64,000 bases of DNA from Anaerohalosphaeraceae bacterium (GTDB taxonomy: Bacteria > Planctomycetota > Phycisphaerae > Sedimentisphaerales > Anaerohalosphaeraceae). Location of the stretch: the NCBI GenBank assembly GCA_050309605.1, contig JBNRMN010000082.1:22249-86248 (forward strand), given 5' to 3'. The translations under genes were made by a program, and so were the position numbers. Below the pieces are notes generated by a model. That model worked only from the letters and a program-made list of their open reading frames with translations, was not told the DNA's origin and did not search any database. This document shows positions 29,312 to 38,741 of this stretch, one piece after another (position 1 is the stretch's first letter; each line of letters opens with the position of its first letter).

Positions 29312-29900
29312 CCGCGAATTTGAGAAGTTTGTCGATTCGCTCCGGTTCGACGATACGCCGAGCGAGACGCATCGTCGGCAGCTTGAAAAAAAGCTGATGG
29401 AGGTCTGGGATCGCCGTTTTCAAGACGAGCCTGAGACAGCGCCGTCCGGTCTTTTTTATCTCAAGCGGATTGCTCTGGCGGCCGGTTTCGTCCTGGCGGC
29501 GGCGGTGCTGTTTGTATGGTTTGATGAATCGGGACAGGCCCCTCATACCCAGCTGGCGCACCGCCCGGATCCGCAAATAATCGAACAGATCCTCAATCGA
29601 CAGTCCGCTTCGCCAACTGAACGTGAGCAACTGCTTGCGGAGATTCAGGAGGTGTGGAAGCTGATTGTTGATGAGGATGTGCAGGCGCTGACGACCGTGG
29701 TGCTGGATAGTCACAGAGCCGAGAGTATCCGACTCTGGGCGGGACACACCGTTGCCGAACTGGGCAGCGAGCAAACACTTGCAATCCTTGAACAATATAT
29801 CGAAGTCAATACGCTGAGGAATCCTGATGACCCGGTCGTGCAGACGGCCTCACAGTTGCGCCGGCGGCTGGCGGAAAAGCACGGCATCCCGTCCGATTAA
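29298..29900 (+). CDS. Putative membrane anti-sigma factor with helical (HEAT-like) extracytoplasmic domain
   Basis: Overlaps the ECF 3' end; single TM helix (IALAAGFVLAAAVLFVWF); alternative start at 29289. Confidence 0.7.
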   Translation: MTQFDREFEKFVDSLRFDDTPSETHRRQLEKKLMEVWDRRFQDEPETAPSGLFYLKRIALAAGFVLAAAVLFVWFDESGQAPHTQLAHRPDPQIIEQILNRQSASPTEREQLLAEIQEVWKLIVDEDVQALTTVVLDSHRAESIRLWAGHTVAELGSEQTLAILEQYIEVNTLRNPDDPVVQTASQLRRRLAEKHGIPSD

Positions 29901-30330
29901 CTATACACACTATTCAAGCCAATAGTCATCCTGTTTTGGGCAAAACGGCATTCAGATTGGGCACTTTCACAAAATCTTGCGAATTAAATTGCGCATTATA
30001 AATTTGCAGTTATCATATACAAATTTATCTCTATAATGTCGCCTCTTCCTCTTAGTGTCATTTTGCATCGGATTTTGCACTAATTTCGCATTGCGGCAGG
30101 CTATAGCCGGAATAAGGGGGGGCTTGTGTGTATGATTTGTGCCCTGATATATTGAAACCCCGCCTTCTGATGGACGTCCTGCCGGAATATTTTCGAAAAC
30201 AAATAAGATTATAGGGCGTTGTCTTATTGGGTCAATGTCTTCAACGCTTTGCTCCTGTGAGGAATGTTATTTATGTTTTATGAGGCGTAAGCAACAGAGC
30301 CGCAAATGGGGTTGTTTGAGGCATTGAATA

Positions 30331-31629
30331 ATGATGACCGATACATTATCGAAAGATCTGGCAGGCATCGTGGTGTTGATAGTGGCCGTCGTGCTGTTTC
30401 CGGGCCAAGCCACGGCCCAAACGGTGTCGGAAACCGACTACGGGACGTGGGGAATCTCTGTTTCGGAGTTGGACATACCGGCCGGCAGTGTGATTACCGA
30501 TGCCACATTAACGATTGGCGGTGTGTCCTCTGTGTCGGCTGATTTTGACGTGTACCTGCTGGATAACCCCAGGCCCGGCTATCACCAAAAATCGAAAAAC
30601 GGCTTCGGGAGCGTTTTTGCCGGATTCGGACATCGCTTAAGCGGGGCGGTTCAAGACGGCAATTTCATTTGTCGTTTGGGGGATGCGGAAAACAACGACA
30701 GCCGCTCGTTTGTCTGGAATTCATTGACAGAACCCTTTGAGTTTACATTGGCCGATGGGCGAATTGTTTCTTATACCTCTTCGCTGCTTGAACTGCTGGA
30801 TTATGCCGGCACGGGCGTGTCCTTTGGTTTCGGCATTGAATCGACGACCAACACACCGATAGAATTTTCATCTCTCAAACTCAAACTGACCGTTTCATCT
30901 TTCCAATCGCCCGCGGCGGACCAGATCCTGGAATTTAACTATACTCCACAATCAACACATCCGGACCCCATTACGGCGCTTCGGTTTGACGGTGTGGATG
31001 ATACCGTTGTGTGGCCTTGGGACGGCTCCTCGCCGTTGAACGGCTTTACAACGTCGCTTTGGGTCAAGGCGGAATCCCCCACGGTTTTGCCGAGAGAAAA
31101 CAACACCAGCACCAATGATGGCTGGGATACGAGGATACAGCATGTTCTGTTCCCGCTGAATTCAGAGGTGGGATTTGCGGTCGGCACCAACGGTATTGTG
31201 GTCTATGAAAGAGAATACGCTTACTTCCCTGCACTGGCGGTGTACGCCGGCGACGTGGGAACGGGCTGGAATCATATTGCGGTCACCTATCAGGATAAAC
31301 AGCCGCGAATCTACCTGAATGGTGAGTTGGTTCATATCGGTCTTAGATCGAAACGTACGGAAGATTTCAGACCCGCTCGCTATGTAGGCGGCCACGAAAG
31401 CCCCAATGTGGGCAACTTCAAGGGATGTATTGCCGATATTCAGGTGTGGCGCCGGGCCTTGTCGCCTGCGGAAGCAGCGGCCTGTGCGAATGGAACACTG
31501 GAGGCCACTGGATTGGCCGGCCACTGGAAACTCAATGAAGGCGAAGGCTCCAGGGCATTTGACAGTTCCGGTAACGGGCGAAACGGCACCATTTACGGAG
31601 CCTCCTGGATACTTGAAACGACCAAGTAA
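30331..31629 (+). CDS. Exported protein with unknown N-terminal beta domain and C-terminal LamG (ConA-like) domain
   Basis: Signal peptide ending GQATA; ALRFDG, WNHIAVTY, IYLNG, FKGCIADIQVWRRALS, GHWKLNEG.G...DSSGNG. Confidence 0.8.
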   Translation: MMTDTLSKDLAGIVVLIVAVVLFPGQATAQTVSETDYGTWGISVSELDIPAGSVITDATLTIGGVSSVSADFDVYLLDNPRPGYHQKSKNGFGSVFAGFGHRLSGAVQDGNFICRLGDAENNDSRSFVWNSLTEPFEFTLADGRIVSYTSSLLELLDYAGTGVSFGFGIESTTNTPIEFSSLKLKLTVSSFQSPAADQILEFNYTPQSTHPDPITALRFDGVDDTVVWPWDGSSPLNGFTTSLWVKAESPTVLPRENNTSTNDGWDTRIQHVLFPLNSEVGFAVGTNGIVVYEREYAYFPALAVYAGDVGTGWNHIAVTYQDKQPRIYLNGELVHIGLRSKRTEDFRPARYVGGHESPNVGNFKGCIADIQVWRRALSPAEAAACANGTLEATGLAGHWKLNEGEGSRAFDSSGNGRNGTIYGASWILETTK

Positions 31630-31710
31630 AAGTAGATGTACCCGGCGTCATTAAAATGAATGATGGATTTAACCCAATTGCGCTTAGAGGTAAAATTCAG
31701 CAATTATATC

Positions 31711-31739
31711 TTGAAACCAGATCCCTTTGTCGGTATTCT
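31711..31739 (+). promoter_or_regulatory. Putative sigma70 promoter for the GT-C gene
   Basis: TTGAAA-17 nt-TATTCT. Confidence 0.4.
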
Positions 31740-31792
31740 TTTGCATTACGTGAAAAAGTTAAGTTCGATACGGTAAAGGGATATTCAGAGGC

Positions 31793-34036
31793 GTGTTTAG
31801 GGCCAAAGAATTTGTATTCATTCTTGTGATCGTTTTAATCGCCGGCGTTCTGGGGATAGGGTCTGTTGCCTCTTCAATACTCATAAGCCAGGACGGCGTC
31901 TTCTGGGTACAGGCGGCTCAGGATTACCGTTCTCTTCAGTCTGGCGATAGGCTTCCTAAGCAAACGGGGTACGATTGGCGTTCTTTTCCCGTCGAAAACC
32001 TGAGTGATTCCAAGGCCGGATGGAACCCGTATCGCAGATATCTTTTTTATCCTTACAATGGCCAGCTCGGCATTTCAGTGGATACAAACGGCATTGCTGT
32101 TTTTGAACGGCAGGTTGGTTATTTTCCCGTCTTGGCTGTTTATCAGAAGGAGCTTGGAACGAGTTGGCACCATATCGCTGTCACCTATGAGGACAAACAG
32201 GCTGTCATCTACCTCAACGGCAGACAGGTACGCACCGGTCTGGTTTCCGATTGCGAGCAGTCTTTTTCTGCGGCAAAAACTCTGGGTGGACATACAAGCT
32301 CTTCTGTGGGAAATTTCAAAGGACTTGTTCGTGACGTTCAAATATGGAACAGGGCCTTGAGCGCAGAGGAGGTGAGGGAGGTTGCCGACGGCGTCTTGAT
32401 TGATCAGGGGATGGCATGTCATTGGCCGTTTAACGAAGGAGCGGGGACAAAACTCGATGATAAATCAGGAAATGGCCATCAGGCGATAATCAAAGGGGCG
32501 CGGTGGATTGACACTGAAGAGGACAGAGCACTGCAATTTGACGGCGTCCAGGACACGGTGGTATTAAATTATCCGACCCTTGAAGATTCGTTTTCAATAG
32601 CTGTGCGGGTTCGAGTCGAAGCGGGACATATCAGTGAATCCTTGTCTTTATGGTTCTGGCAAATTCAGGACATCGGCTTTCCCTGGATGATCAACCATTG
32701 GCATCGGTTGCTGAGCCTTTTTGGATTAGGTCAAGAAAATCGGGATTGGCTTCTGGCCGGACAGACGTTTTGTTTATTATGTCGGTTACTGTCTGTGATT
32801 CCGCTTTATTTTCTTGGCAGGCGGTTGGTCGGTGGCCGTTATGCATTCTGGGCGTTAATTATCCTGGTTTGTTTGCCGTGGCCGGCAGAGTGGGGGCACG
32901 ATGTCCTGCGGGAATGGCCGCATCTGTTGTTCCTGGGCGGCGGGCTGTTCATGGTGCTGCGGGCGTTTGAGTCCGGACGTGTTTTCTATTTGCTGCCGGC
33001 AGGAGTGATGGCGGGGGCGGGGCACACTATTCGGCCGGAAGCCGCGCAAGTCATACTCTATGCATTAGTGGGGTTGATCTTGGCTTTACTTCGGCCTGAG
33101 AAAATGAAATTTTCCCGCAAGCAATCCCTGACAGGGGCGCTCTGGTTAATCGGGGGATTTGCTGTTATCGCTCTGCCGTATCTGCATGCCAAAGGCTATG
33201 CGATGCCGCAGAAACTGGACAAATTGTTGTCTATGAACGTACAGGACAGCTCCGTTGTCATGCACAGCACCGATGCCCCAAACAGTTATTCAACCTCTGC
33301 AGGCAATGCATTTGCCTCGTTGGAGGGTGTGATCGATTTGGTTCAAGATCTTTGTGAGAATTTTTACTATTATTTTTTTCCCTTTATGCTAATGGGACTT
33401 TATCGTTTTTTAGTTCAGCCGCGACAAATGCCTTTTGAAAAACCGCTGCTGATTGCGTTTATAGTTATAAATACTCTGATGCTGACCACACTCTATCACA
33501 ATTGGGGGTATATCACTCGAAGGCATGTGCTGCCGCTGACAGCAATGACCGTGTTTTTTGTGCCGCAGGGTTTACAATGTGCCGCTGCGTTGTTGAGCAG
33601 AAAAAAAACGGAACCCGCCGGTCGGGGTAAGCCGGGCAAACAGGGGCGGATGTTTGGTGTAATGATGTGCCTGGGCATTCTGGTCTGCCTGCCCAAATTG
33701 GCTAAGCCGCAAGGCTCCAACATCGGTTTTCGCAAAACGGCTGATTATCTGAGGCTGAAGACGCCGACCCATACGATCATTGCCGTTCCTGACCCGCGCA
33801 TCGGTTTTTATGCGGAACGGACTCAGATTCCGTATGAAGTCAGGCCGCCTTCAGGCGAATGGGAATATATCGTCATTCATGAAAAAAACAGCAAGATCAA
33901 GTCGGACGGTCCGCTGATAAAGATCTATTCCCATCCGCTGCGATTGGATCGGGATTCTGGTGACGCGGTTATCTATCGTCGGGCGCCTATCCCGCGTACT
34001 GACGACAATAAATCTGTTACCAACCCTGCATCTTGA
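31793..34036 (+). CDS. GT-C fold (GT39/GT83, PMT/ArnT-like) multi-TM glycosyltransferase with inserted LamG domain
   Basis: TM1 then SQDGVFW..A (EL1 acidic motif); about 210-aa LamG insert; then GFPWMI, LY.LGRRL, VLRE.P.L.F, IRPEA and RH.LPL across about 11 TM segments; short C-terminal soluble domain. Confidence 0.75.
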   Translation: MFRAKEFVFILVIVLIAGVLGIGSVASSILISQDGVFWVQAAQDYRSLQSGDRLPKQTGYDWRSFPVENLSDSKAGWNPYRRYLFYPYNGQLGISVDTNGIAVFERQVGYFPVLAVYQKELGTSWHHIAVTYEDKQAVIYLNGRQVRTGLVSDCEQSFSAAKTLGGHTSSSVGNFKGLVRDVQIWNRALSAEEVREVADGVLIDQGMACHWPFNEGAGTKLDDKSGNGHQAIIKGARWIDTEEDRALQFDGVQDTVVLNYPTLEDSFSIAVRVRVEAGHISESLSLWFWQIQDIGFPWMINHWHRLLSLFGLGQENRDWLLAGQTFCLLCRLLSVIPLYFLGRRLVGGRYAFWALIILVCLPWPAEWGHDVLREWPHLLFLGGGLFMVLRAFESGRVFYLLPAGVMAGAGHTIRPEAAQVILYALVGLILALLRPEKMKFSRKQSLTGALWLIGGFAVIALPYLHAKGYAMPQKLDKLLSMNVQDSSVVMHSTDAPNSYSTSAGNAFASLEGVIDLVQDLCENFYYYFFPFMLMGLYRFLVQPRQMPFEKPLLIAFIVINTLMLTTLYHNWGYITRRHVLPLTAMTVFFVPQGLQCAAALLSRKKTEPAGRGKPGKQGRMFGVMMCLGILVCLPKLAKPQGSNIGFRKTADYLRLKTPTHTIIAVPDPRIGFYAERTQIPYEVRPPSGEWEYIVIHEKNSKIKSDGPLIKIYSHPLRLDRDSGDAVIYRRAPIPRTDDNKSVTNPAS

Positions 34037-35351
34037 TCAGAGCGGGAAGGGTATTGATGAGAATATAAAGATTCAGCCGAAGTGAACGTCGCTGAATATA
34101 TAAATAGTCATATTTGAGTTTATGACGGGGATGGAGGTCATACAGTCCTCGAATCTGGGCCAATCCTGTCAAGCCGGGCTTGACCGCCAGACGGATACCG
34201 CGAAGCGCTTTGTGTGAGTTCACACGAAACAGGTTTTCCGGGCGCGGCCCGACCAGGCTCATCTCACCCCTGAGAATATTGAAAAGCTGGGGGATTTCAT
34301 CCAAACGATAACGCCGCAAGAAACGACCTGCCGGCGTGATGCGGCTGTCAGATGGGCAGGCCGGCTGAAAGCCCTTGATTTTCTCGGCATTTTGATACAT
34401 GGTGCGAAATTTATAAATCGTGAACAAAGCGCCGTCTTTTCCGACTCTGGATTGGGTATAGAAAACCGGGCCGTGCGAAGTCAGTTTGACGGTTAAGGCA
34501 ATCGCTCCTAATATCGGCGTAAGCACAATCAAACCTGTCAGTGCAAAGAGGATATCAATCAGTCGAATAAAGAATTCTTCTGCATCGCGTCGTTGACCTT
34601 CAAATGTACGGAGAAACCGCTTTTCGGTCCCGTTAATCTGTTCAGTGATCAGTTTCAAATAGATTACCGGAGTAAACACCAGATCAATCCCAAAACGTTG
34701 AGTCAACAGCATCAGTTCCTGCATCAGATCGGAAGATGTAATTTCTTCGGCAATGATAATTTGGTCGATGTCTTTTAAATTGATTTTCAGTGCTTTGCAT
34801 TCCTCAGGCAAAAACCGATGAACGACGCTTTTTTTGCCTATAATACCTTTCACATCCCCGCGACCGATCACAATAATTTTTTTTTGGATGCCATCATGTC
34901 GTTTGAGTATCCACTGATTGAGTTTGAAAACCGTCAGCGTAATGATTGGAGTAACGATAATGAAGATGCTGGTCGGAAAGGTGCCCCATTTCTCTCTGAA
35001 AATATACATAAAAACGGTGCTTATTAAAGCGGCTGCCATCGCGCCGAGGGTTATCCTGATGAACAGTTGCCATGAGGAACGGAACCGGAGCTTATAAACT
35101 CCGAAAACAGACAACGATAACAAATAAAGAGCCGTCAGCCACGGCCAGCTTTCACGATACGGAGTAAAACTTCGTGCCGGAATCCCGCCGTACCGCAGAT
35201 AAAATGCGGCAATAAAGCCGAGGTTAATCAAAAACACATCGAAAATAATCGCACGTATTCTGCTCGTCGTTTCTTTGTTGAGATAATTCGATAAAACTCT
35301 ATCGCCGGAGAATTGTTTACTTGTGTTGTTCTCCGCAGACGACCGCTTCAT
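34017..35351 (-). CDS. Initiating undecaprenyl-phosphate sugar phosphotransferase (WcaJ/WbaP-type)
   Basis: Four N-terminal TMs; RLIDI, GPVFYTQ.RVG, KFRTM, D.RIT..G.FLR...LDE.PQL.N.L.GEMSLVGPRPE, KPG.TGLAQI. Start uncertain. Confidence 0.9.
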   Translation of the reverse strand: MKRSSAENNTSKQFSGDRVLSNYLNKETTSRIRAIIFDVFLINLGFIAAFYLRYGGIPARSFTPYRESWPWLTALYLLSLSVFGVYKLRFRSSWQLFIRITLGAMAAALISTVFMYIFREKWGTFPTSIFIIVTPIITLTVFKLNQWILKRHDGIQKKIIVIGRGDVKGIIGKKSVVHRFLPEECKALKINLKDIDQIIIAEEITSSDLMQELMLLTQRFGIDLVFTPVIYLKLITEQINGTEKRFLRTFEGQRRDAEEFFIRLIDILFALTGLIVLTPILGAIALTVKLTSHGPVFYTQSRVGKDGALFTIYKFRTMYQNAEKIKGFQPACPSDSRITPAGRFLRRYRLDEIPQLFNILRGEMSLVGPRPENLFRVNSHKALRGIRLAVKPGLTGLAQIRGLYDLHPRHKLKYDYLYIQRRSLRLNLYILINTLPALIKMQGW

Positions 35352-36429
35352 AAAACGTCTCCATTTGTTTCGTAACAAGTTCCCAGGAATAATAATGCCT
35401 AATCCGATTGACGGATGCGGATTTGATTCTATCGACCATTTCAGTCCGGCCAAGGAGCATCTTGATCTTATGGGACAGATCATCGATGGATTGATTCTTG
35501 AATGAATAGCCGCAATCCCCTATTGCCTCAAGATTTTCAGGAATGTCGCTGACCAGGCAGCAGTTGCCGTAGCTCATGGCTTCCAACAGGGAAAGGGAGA
35601 GCCCTTCGACAATAGAGGGCTGAACATACAATCGAGCATGACTGAAAAGCTCATCCAGCAGCCGACCTTCAACGAAACCCGGAAAAATAATCCGGTTGTC
35701 TCCTGTGGCCAGATTTTTCAATTGAATTAAATAGGGGTCTTTATTTCCAAGATCGCCCGCTACGACCAGTTTAATCGGAAGATCGAGTTTGCGAAAGGCC
35801 GATATCAGATAATGAGCTCCTTTTTCCGGTACAAGCCGGGATGCAAAAAGGATGTAATTGTCGGGTTGAAGTCCCAGCGCATAGAGATCACGAGGGGCGG
35901 CGGGGGATTTAATGGTTGCGGCGGTGGGGATATAATCCGCTGTAATCTGATACGTTTTCAGGAGGTAGTCGCATTGTGTTCGGGACACAGCGGTACAGGC
36001 CGCAGCCTGTCTGATGGATGCTTTTTCGAGGCATTTCAAAAATCGGGAACCGAACGTTCCCCAGCGGCGACGACACCACTCAATACCGTGCATTTGCAGA
36101 ACTGTCTTACAGCCGCGCATTCGCGGCAGTATTCCGAAGGCGCCGGCTGCAACACTGTGGAGGTGAACAATGTCATATCGACCGCGAAAAAGCACATCAA
36201 GTGAAGCAGAAAGCGAAGCGGACAGTTTTTGCAGGGATGGTTTTTTGAAGGCGAAGACCGGTTGTATTCTCATCCCGTTGATTTGCGAATCCAGGGCCCC
36301 GTAATGAGTCATTGAATAGACCGTCACCTCGTGGCCTTTGGCAACAAGACGGGAACCCAGCTCATAGGTATATTTTTCAATCCCGCCGCCGCGAAGCGGA
36401 TGTTTTACAACCAGATGTGCAATTCGCAT
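35317..36429 (-). CDS. Glycosyltransferase family 4
   Basis: GGIEK, HGIEW.R.RW, RLVPEKG, PSIVEGLSLSLLEAMS. Confidence 0.9.
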   Translation of the reverse strand: MRIAHLVVKHPLRGGGIEKYTYELGSRLVAKGHEVTVYSMTHYGALDSQINGMRIQPVFAFKKPSLQKLSASLSASLDVLFRGRYDIVHLHSVAAGAFGILPRMRGCKTVLQMHGIEWCRRRWGTFGSRFLKCLEKASIRQAAACTAVSRTQCDYLLKTYQITADYIPTAATIKSPAAPRDLYALGLQPDNYILFASRLVPEKGAHYLISAFRKLDLPIKLVVAGDLGNKDPYLIQLKNLATGDNRIIFPGFVEGRLLDELFSHARLYVQPSIVEGLSLSLLEAMSYGNCCLVSDIPENLEAIGDCGYSFKNQSIDDLSHKIKMLLGRTEMVDRIKSASVNRIRHYYSWELVTKQMETFYEAVVCGEQHK

Positions 36430-36442
36430 AACAAATGCGCCT

Positions 36443-37486
36443 TCAGGCAGGGGTTGAATCCGTCGAGGTATTTGGAATATTGAAATTCAAATTGGTGTCC
36501 GCCGTGATACGTTTGCCAAATATTACGTTGAATTTATTTTTTATCACCCAGGGCAGAATGTATCGAATATATTTTTTCATTACCGGCGAGGCCGAACCAA
36601 TCATCCAGCAGTTTTTAGGGCAATGGGCCACCTTCTTGCGCACCTGCTCAGCATGATCGCTGTTCCAAATGTCCATAAAATCGGCAGCATCGCGCAGATT
36701 GCCCATTGTTTCGAACCAGAACCGGGCCTCCATTCCGTTGCAGGGCAGAATGTTACCGGTCGGATCGATAAAAAAATTCTCCGTTCCCGCTTCACATGGC
36801 AATATGCGGGGAAACCCTTTAATATAGTGAATCAGTCCGAGATTAAACAAGGCCCTGAACCAGGATTTGGGGTGCTTTTCCTGCATCAGCCGATTGACAA
36901 GGTCTTCAAAATCCGCGCTGACTTTTGCAACATCATGAATTCGATTATCGTTCTTGTGAAAATAATATGAGTTATGCAGGGCAGCCGTTGAGAACTCCAT
37001 TTTCATACGTTTGGCCAGTTCATACAGCCACAGCATATCAGCGGAGTTATGGTCTGAGACCGTGATACCGAAACCGATATCCCGGATTCCCATTTTTCGA
37101 AGGCCCAGCAATGTGCGAAGTCCGCGGTCAAACCCTCCTGCACGTCCCCGCAGCTCATCGTTAATCCGTGAAAATCCCTCCAGGCTGACCCGAAAACCCA
37201 ACGCCGGAAAGCGTTCGGCCAGCCGCAGCACGCGATCTTCAAACCAGCCGCTTGTCGAGATGACAACGCGGCGCGTTTTTGTAAACAAGATACGAATGAT
37301 CTCGTCCAGATCATCACGCATAAACGGTTCGCCGCCGGTTACATTGGCCAAAGCCAGGGGGGGGAGTTTTTGTAACACAGAGGGAGGAAATTCATCTGTT
37401 ATCTCTGTGGGATGATTCCAAATATTGCACATCATACACTGCATCGGGCAACGATAGGTTGTGATGATGGAGGCTTCAAGGCTCAT
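36443..37486 (-). CDS. Radical SAM protein with SPASM/twitch domain
   Basis: YRCPMQCMMC (CxxxCxxC), TGGEP, PCEAG...IDP.G...PC, CPKNCW. Confidence 0.9.
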   Translation of the reverse strand: MSLEASIITTYRCPMQCMMCNIWNHPTEITDEFPPSVLQKLPPLALANVTGGEPFMRDDLDEIIRILFTKTRRVVISTSGWFEDRVLRLAERFPALGFRVSLEGFSRINDELRGRAGGFDRGLRTLLGLRKMGIRDIGFGITVSDHNSADMLWLYELAKRMKMEFSTAALHNSYYFHKNDNRIHDVAKVSADFEDLVNRLMQEKHPKSWFRALFNLGLIHYIKGFPRILPCEAGTENFFIDPTGNILPCNGMEARFWFETMGNLRDAADFMDIWNSDHAEQVRKKVAHCPKNCWMIGSASPVMKKYIRYILPWVIKNKFNVIFGKRITADTNLNFNIPNTSTDSTPA

Positions 37487-38736
37487 GATAATAACTCACT
37501 GAAAATCCGGTTTATTTGTTCAAGATGATGTTGTTTTGTGAAGTTCTGCTCATACAATTTGCGCGATTGCTGCCCCATTGAACGAATATCGACAGTGGCC
37601 AATTCGTCGAGGGCATGCGTCAGTGCCGATTTATCGCCGACAGGGACCAGTTTTCCGTTGATTCCGTCATGAACCAGTTCCGGCATACTGCCGATATCAA
37701 AAGCAAGAATAGGCTTTCCAAGACACATGGCTTCCAGCACGCTGTTGGGCGAATTTTCATACCACAGCGCAGGATGCACTATAAATCGAGCACCCGACTG
37801 AATACGCTGCAAGGTGCCGGTTTCAAGCAGACCGGTAAATTTAACCATTGCTTTTTTTCTGTCGGGGATCAATGACTCCAGGTAGGAACGATAATCCGAG
37901 GTATATTTACCGACCAGAAGCAGCGGCAGCGAAGTTGTAGCGTGAACATAAGCCCGTATGAGTGCTTCGATGCCTTTTTCTTTCGAAATATTTCCACAAT
38001 ACAGGATATACTGTGGGTTGTTACTCGAAGACGAATTCTCCTTTGAGGTTTTCATATCTTCCGCGAAGGTTGGAATATGCAGAAGTTTATGTTCCTCGTA
38101 TCCCGACTCTATCATCAATCGCCGCATAAATGCGGTTGGACAGATAAAACGATCTACTTCGTCATAATATCCGCATCGGCGAAAAAGTTTGATTTGCATC
38201 GCCCGTGCCGTCGAGATCAGTCGCGACCCTTTCACGCAGCGGTACTTCACGGCGGCCCACAGTGTGCGGCGACAGGCAGTACAGACGCGCCCGTCCCGGC
38301 AGAATAAATAGCTCGCGCAAAATAGATGATAATCGGAAAGCCGATAAACGACTGGAAGTCCAAACTCGCGTTTCGCGATTCGTATCAGATTTGGCAAAAA
38401 TGACGAAGACAAGTAGATCATATAGATCAGGTCCGGCTTCTCATCACGCAGAACTGTTCGAAACGCAGTGTTGACCGTCGAATTATAAAACATCGACAGC
38501 AGCGTTTGGGCACGTTTTCGAATGGAAAGCCGTTGCTGATCGAAAAGCGCAGGGCCGGGTCCTGTAATGGGCGGGGGAAAATAATGCCGATAAGGCGTGT
38601 CCCGTGTTTCTGCATAATCAAAACAAAACGGGATAACGGTATGGCCCTGTTCTTCAAGCGCACGCCGGATATTAAAGAAGTAGCGATCCGGACCGCCGTT
38701 GATGAAATAGTGATAATTAACCAATGCAATTCGCAT
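37483..38736 (-). CDS. Glycosyltransferase family 4 (with Cys-rich insert)
   Basis: GGPDRY, DY.L.C......G..C..C, EKG, WYENSPNSVLEAM; start moved to MRIAL. Confidence 0.88.
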   Translation of the reverse strand: MRIALVNYHYFINGGPDRYFFNIRRALEEQGHTVIPFCFDYAETRDTPYRHYFPPPITGPGPALFDQQRLSIRKRAQTLLSMFYNSTVNTAFRTVLRDEKPDLIYMIYLSSSFLPNLIRIAKREFGLPVVYRLSDYHLFCASYLFCRDGRVCTACRRTLWAAVKYRCVKGSRLISTARAMQIKLFRRCGYYDEVDRFICPTAFMRRLMIESGYEEHKLLHIPTFAEDMKTSKENSSSSNNPQYILYCGNISKEKGIEALIRAYVHATTSLPLLLVGKYTSDYRSYLESLIPDRKKAMVKFTGLLETGTLQRIQSGARFIVHPALWYENSPNSVLEAMCLGKPILAFDIGSMPELVHDGINGKLVPVGDKSALTHALDELATVDIRSMGQQSRKLYEQNFTKQHHLEQINRIFSELLS

Positions 38737-38741
38737 TTTTC

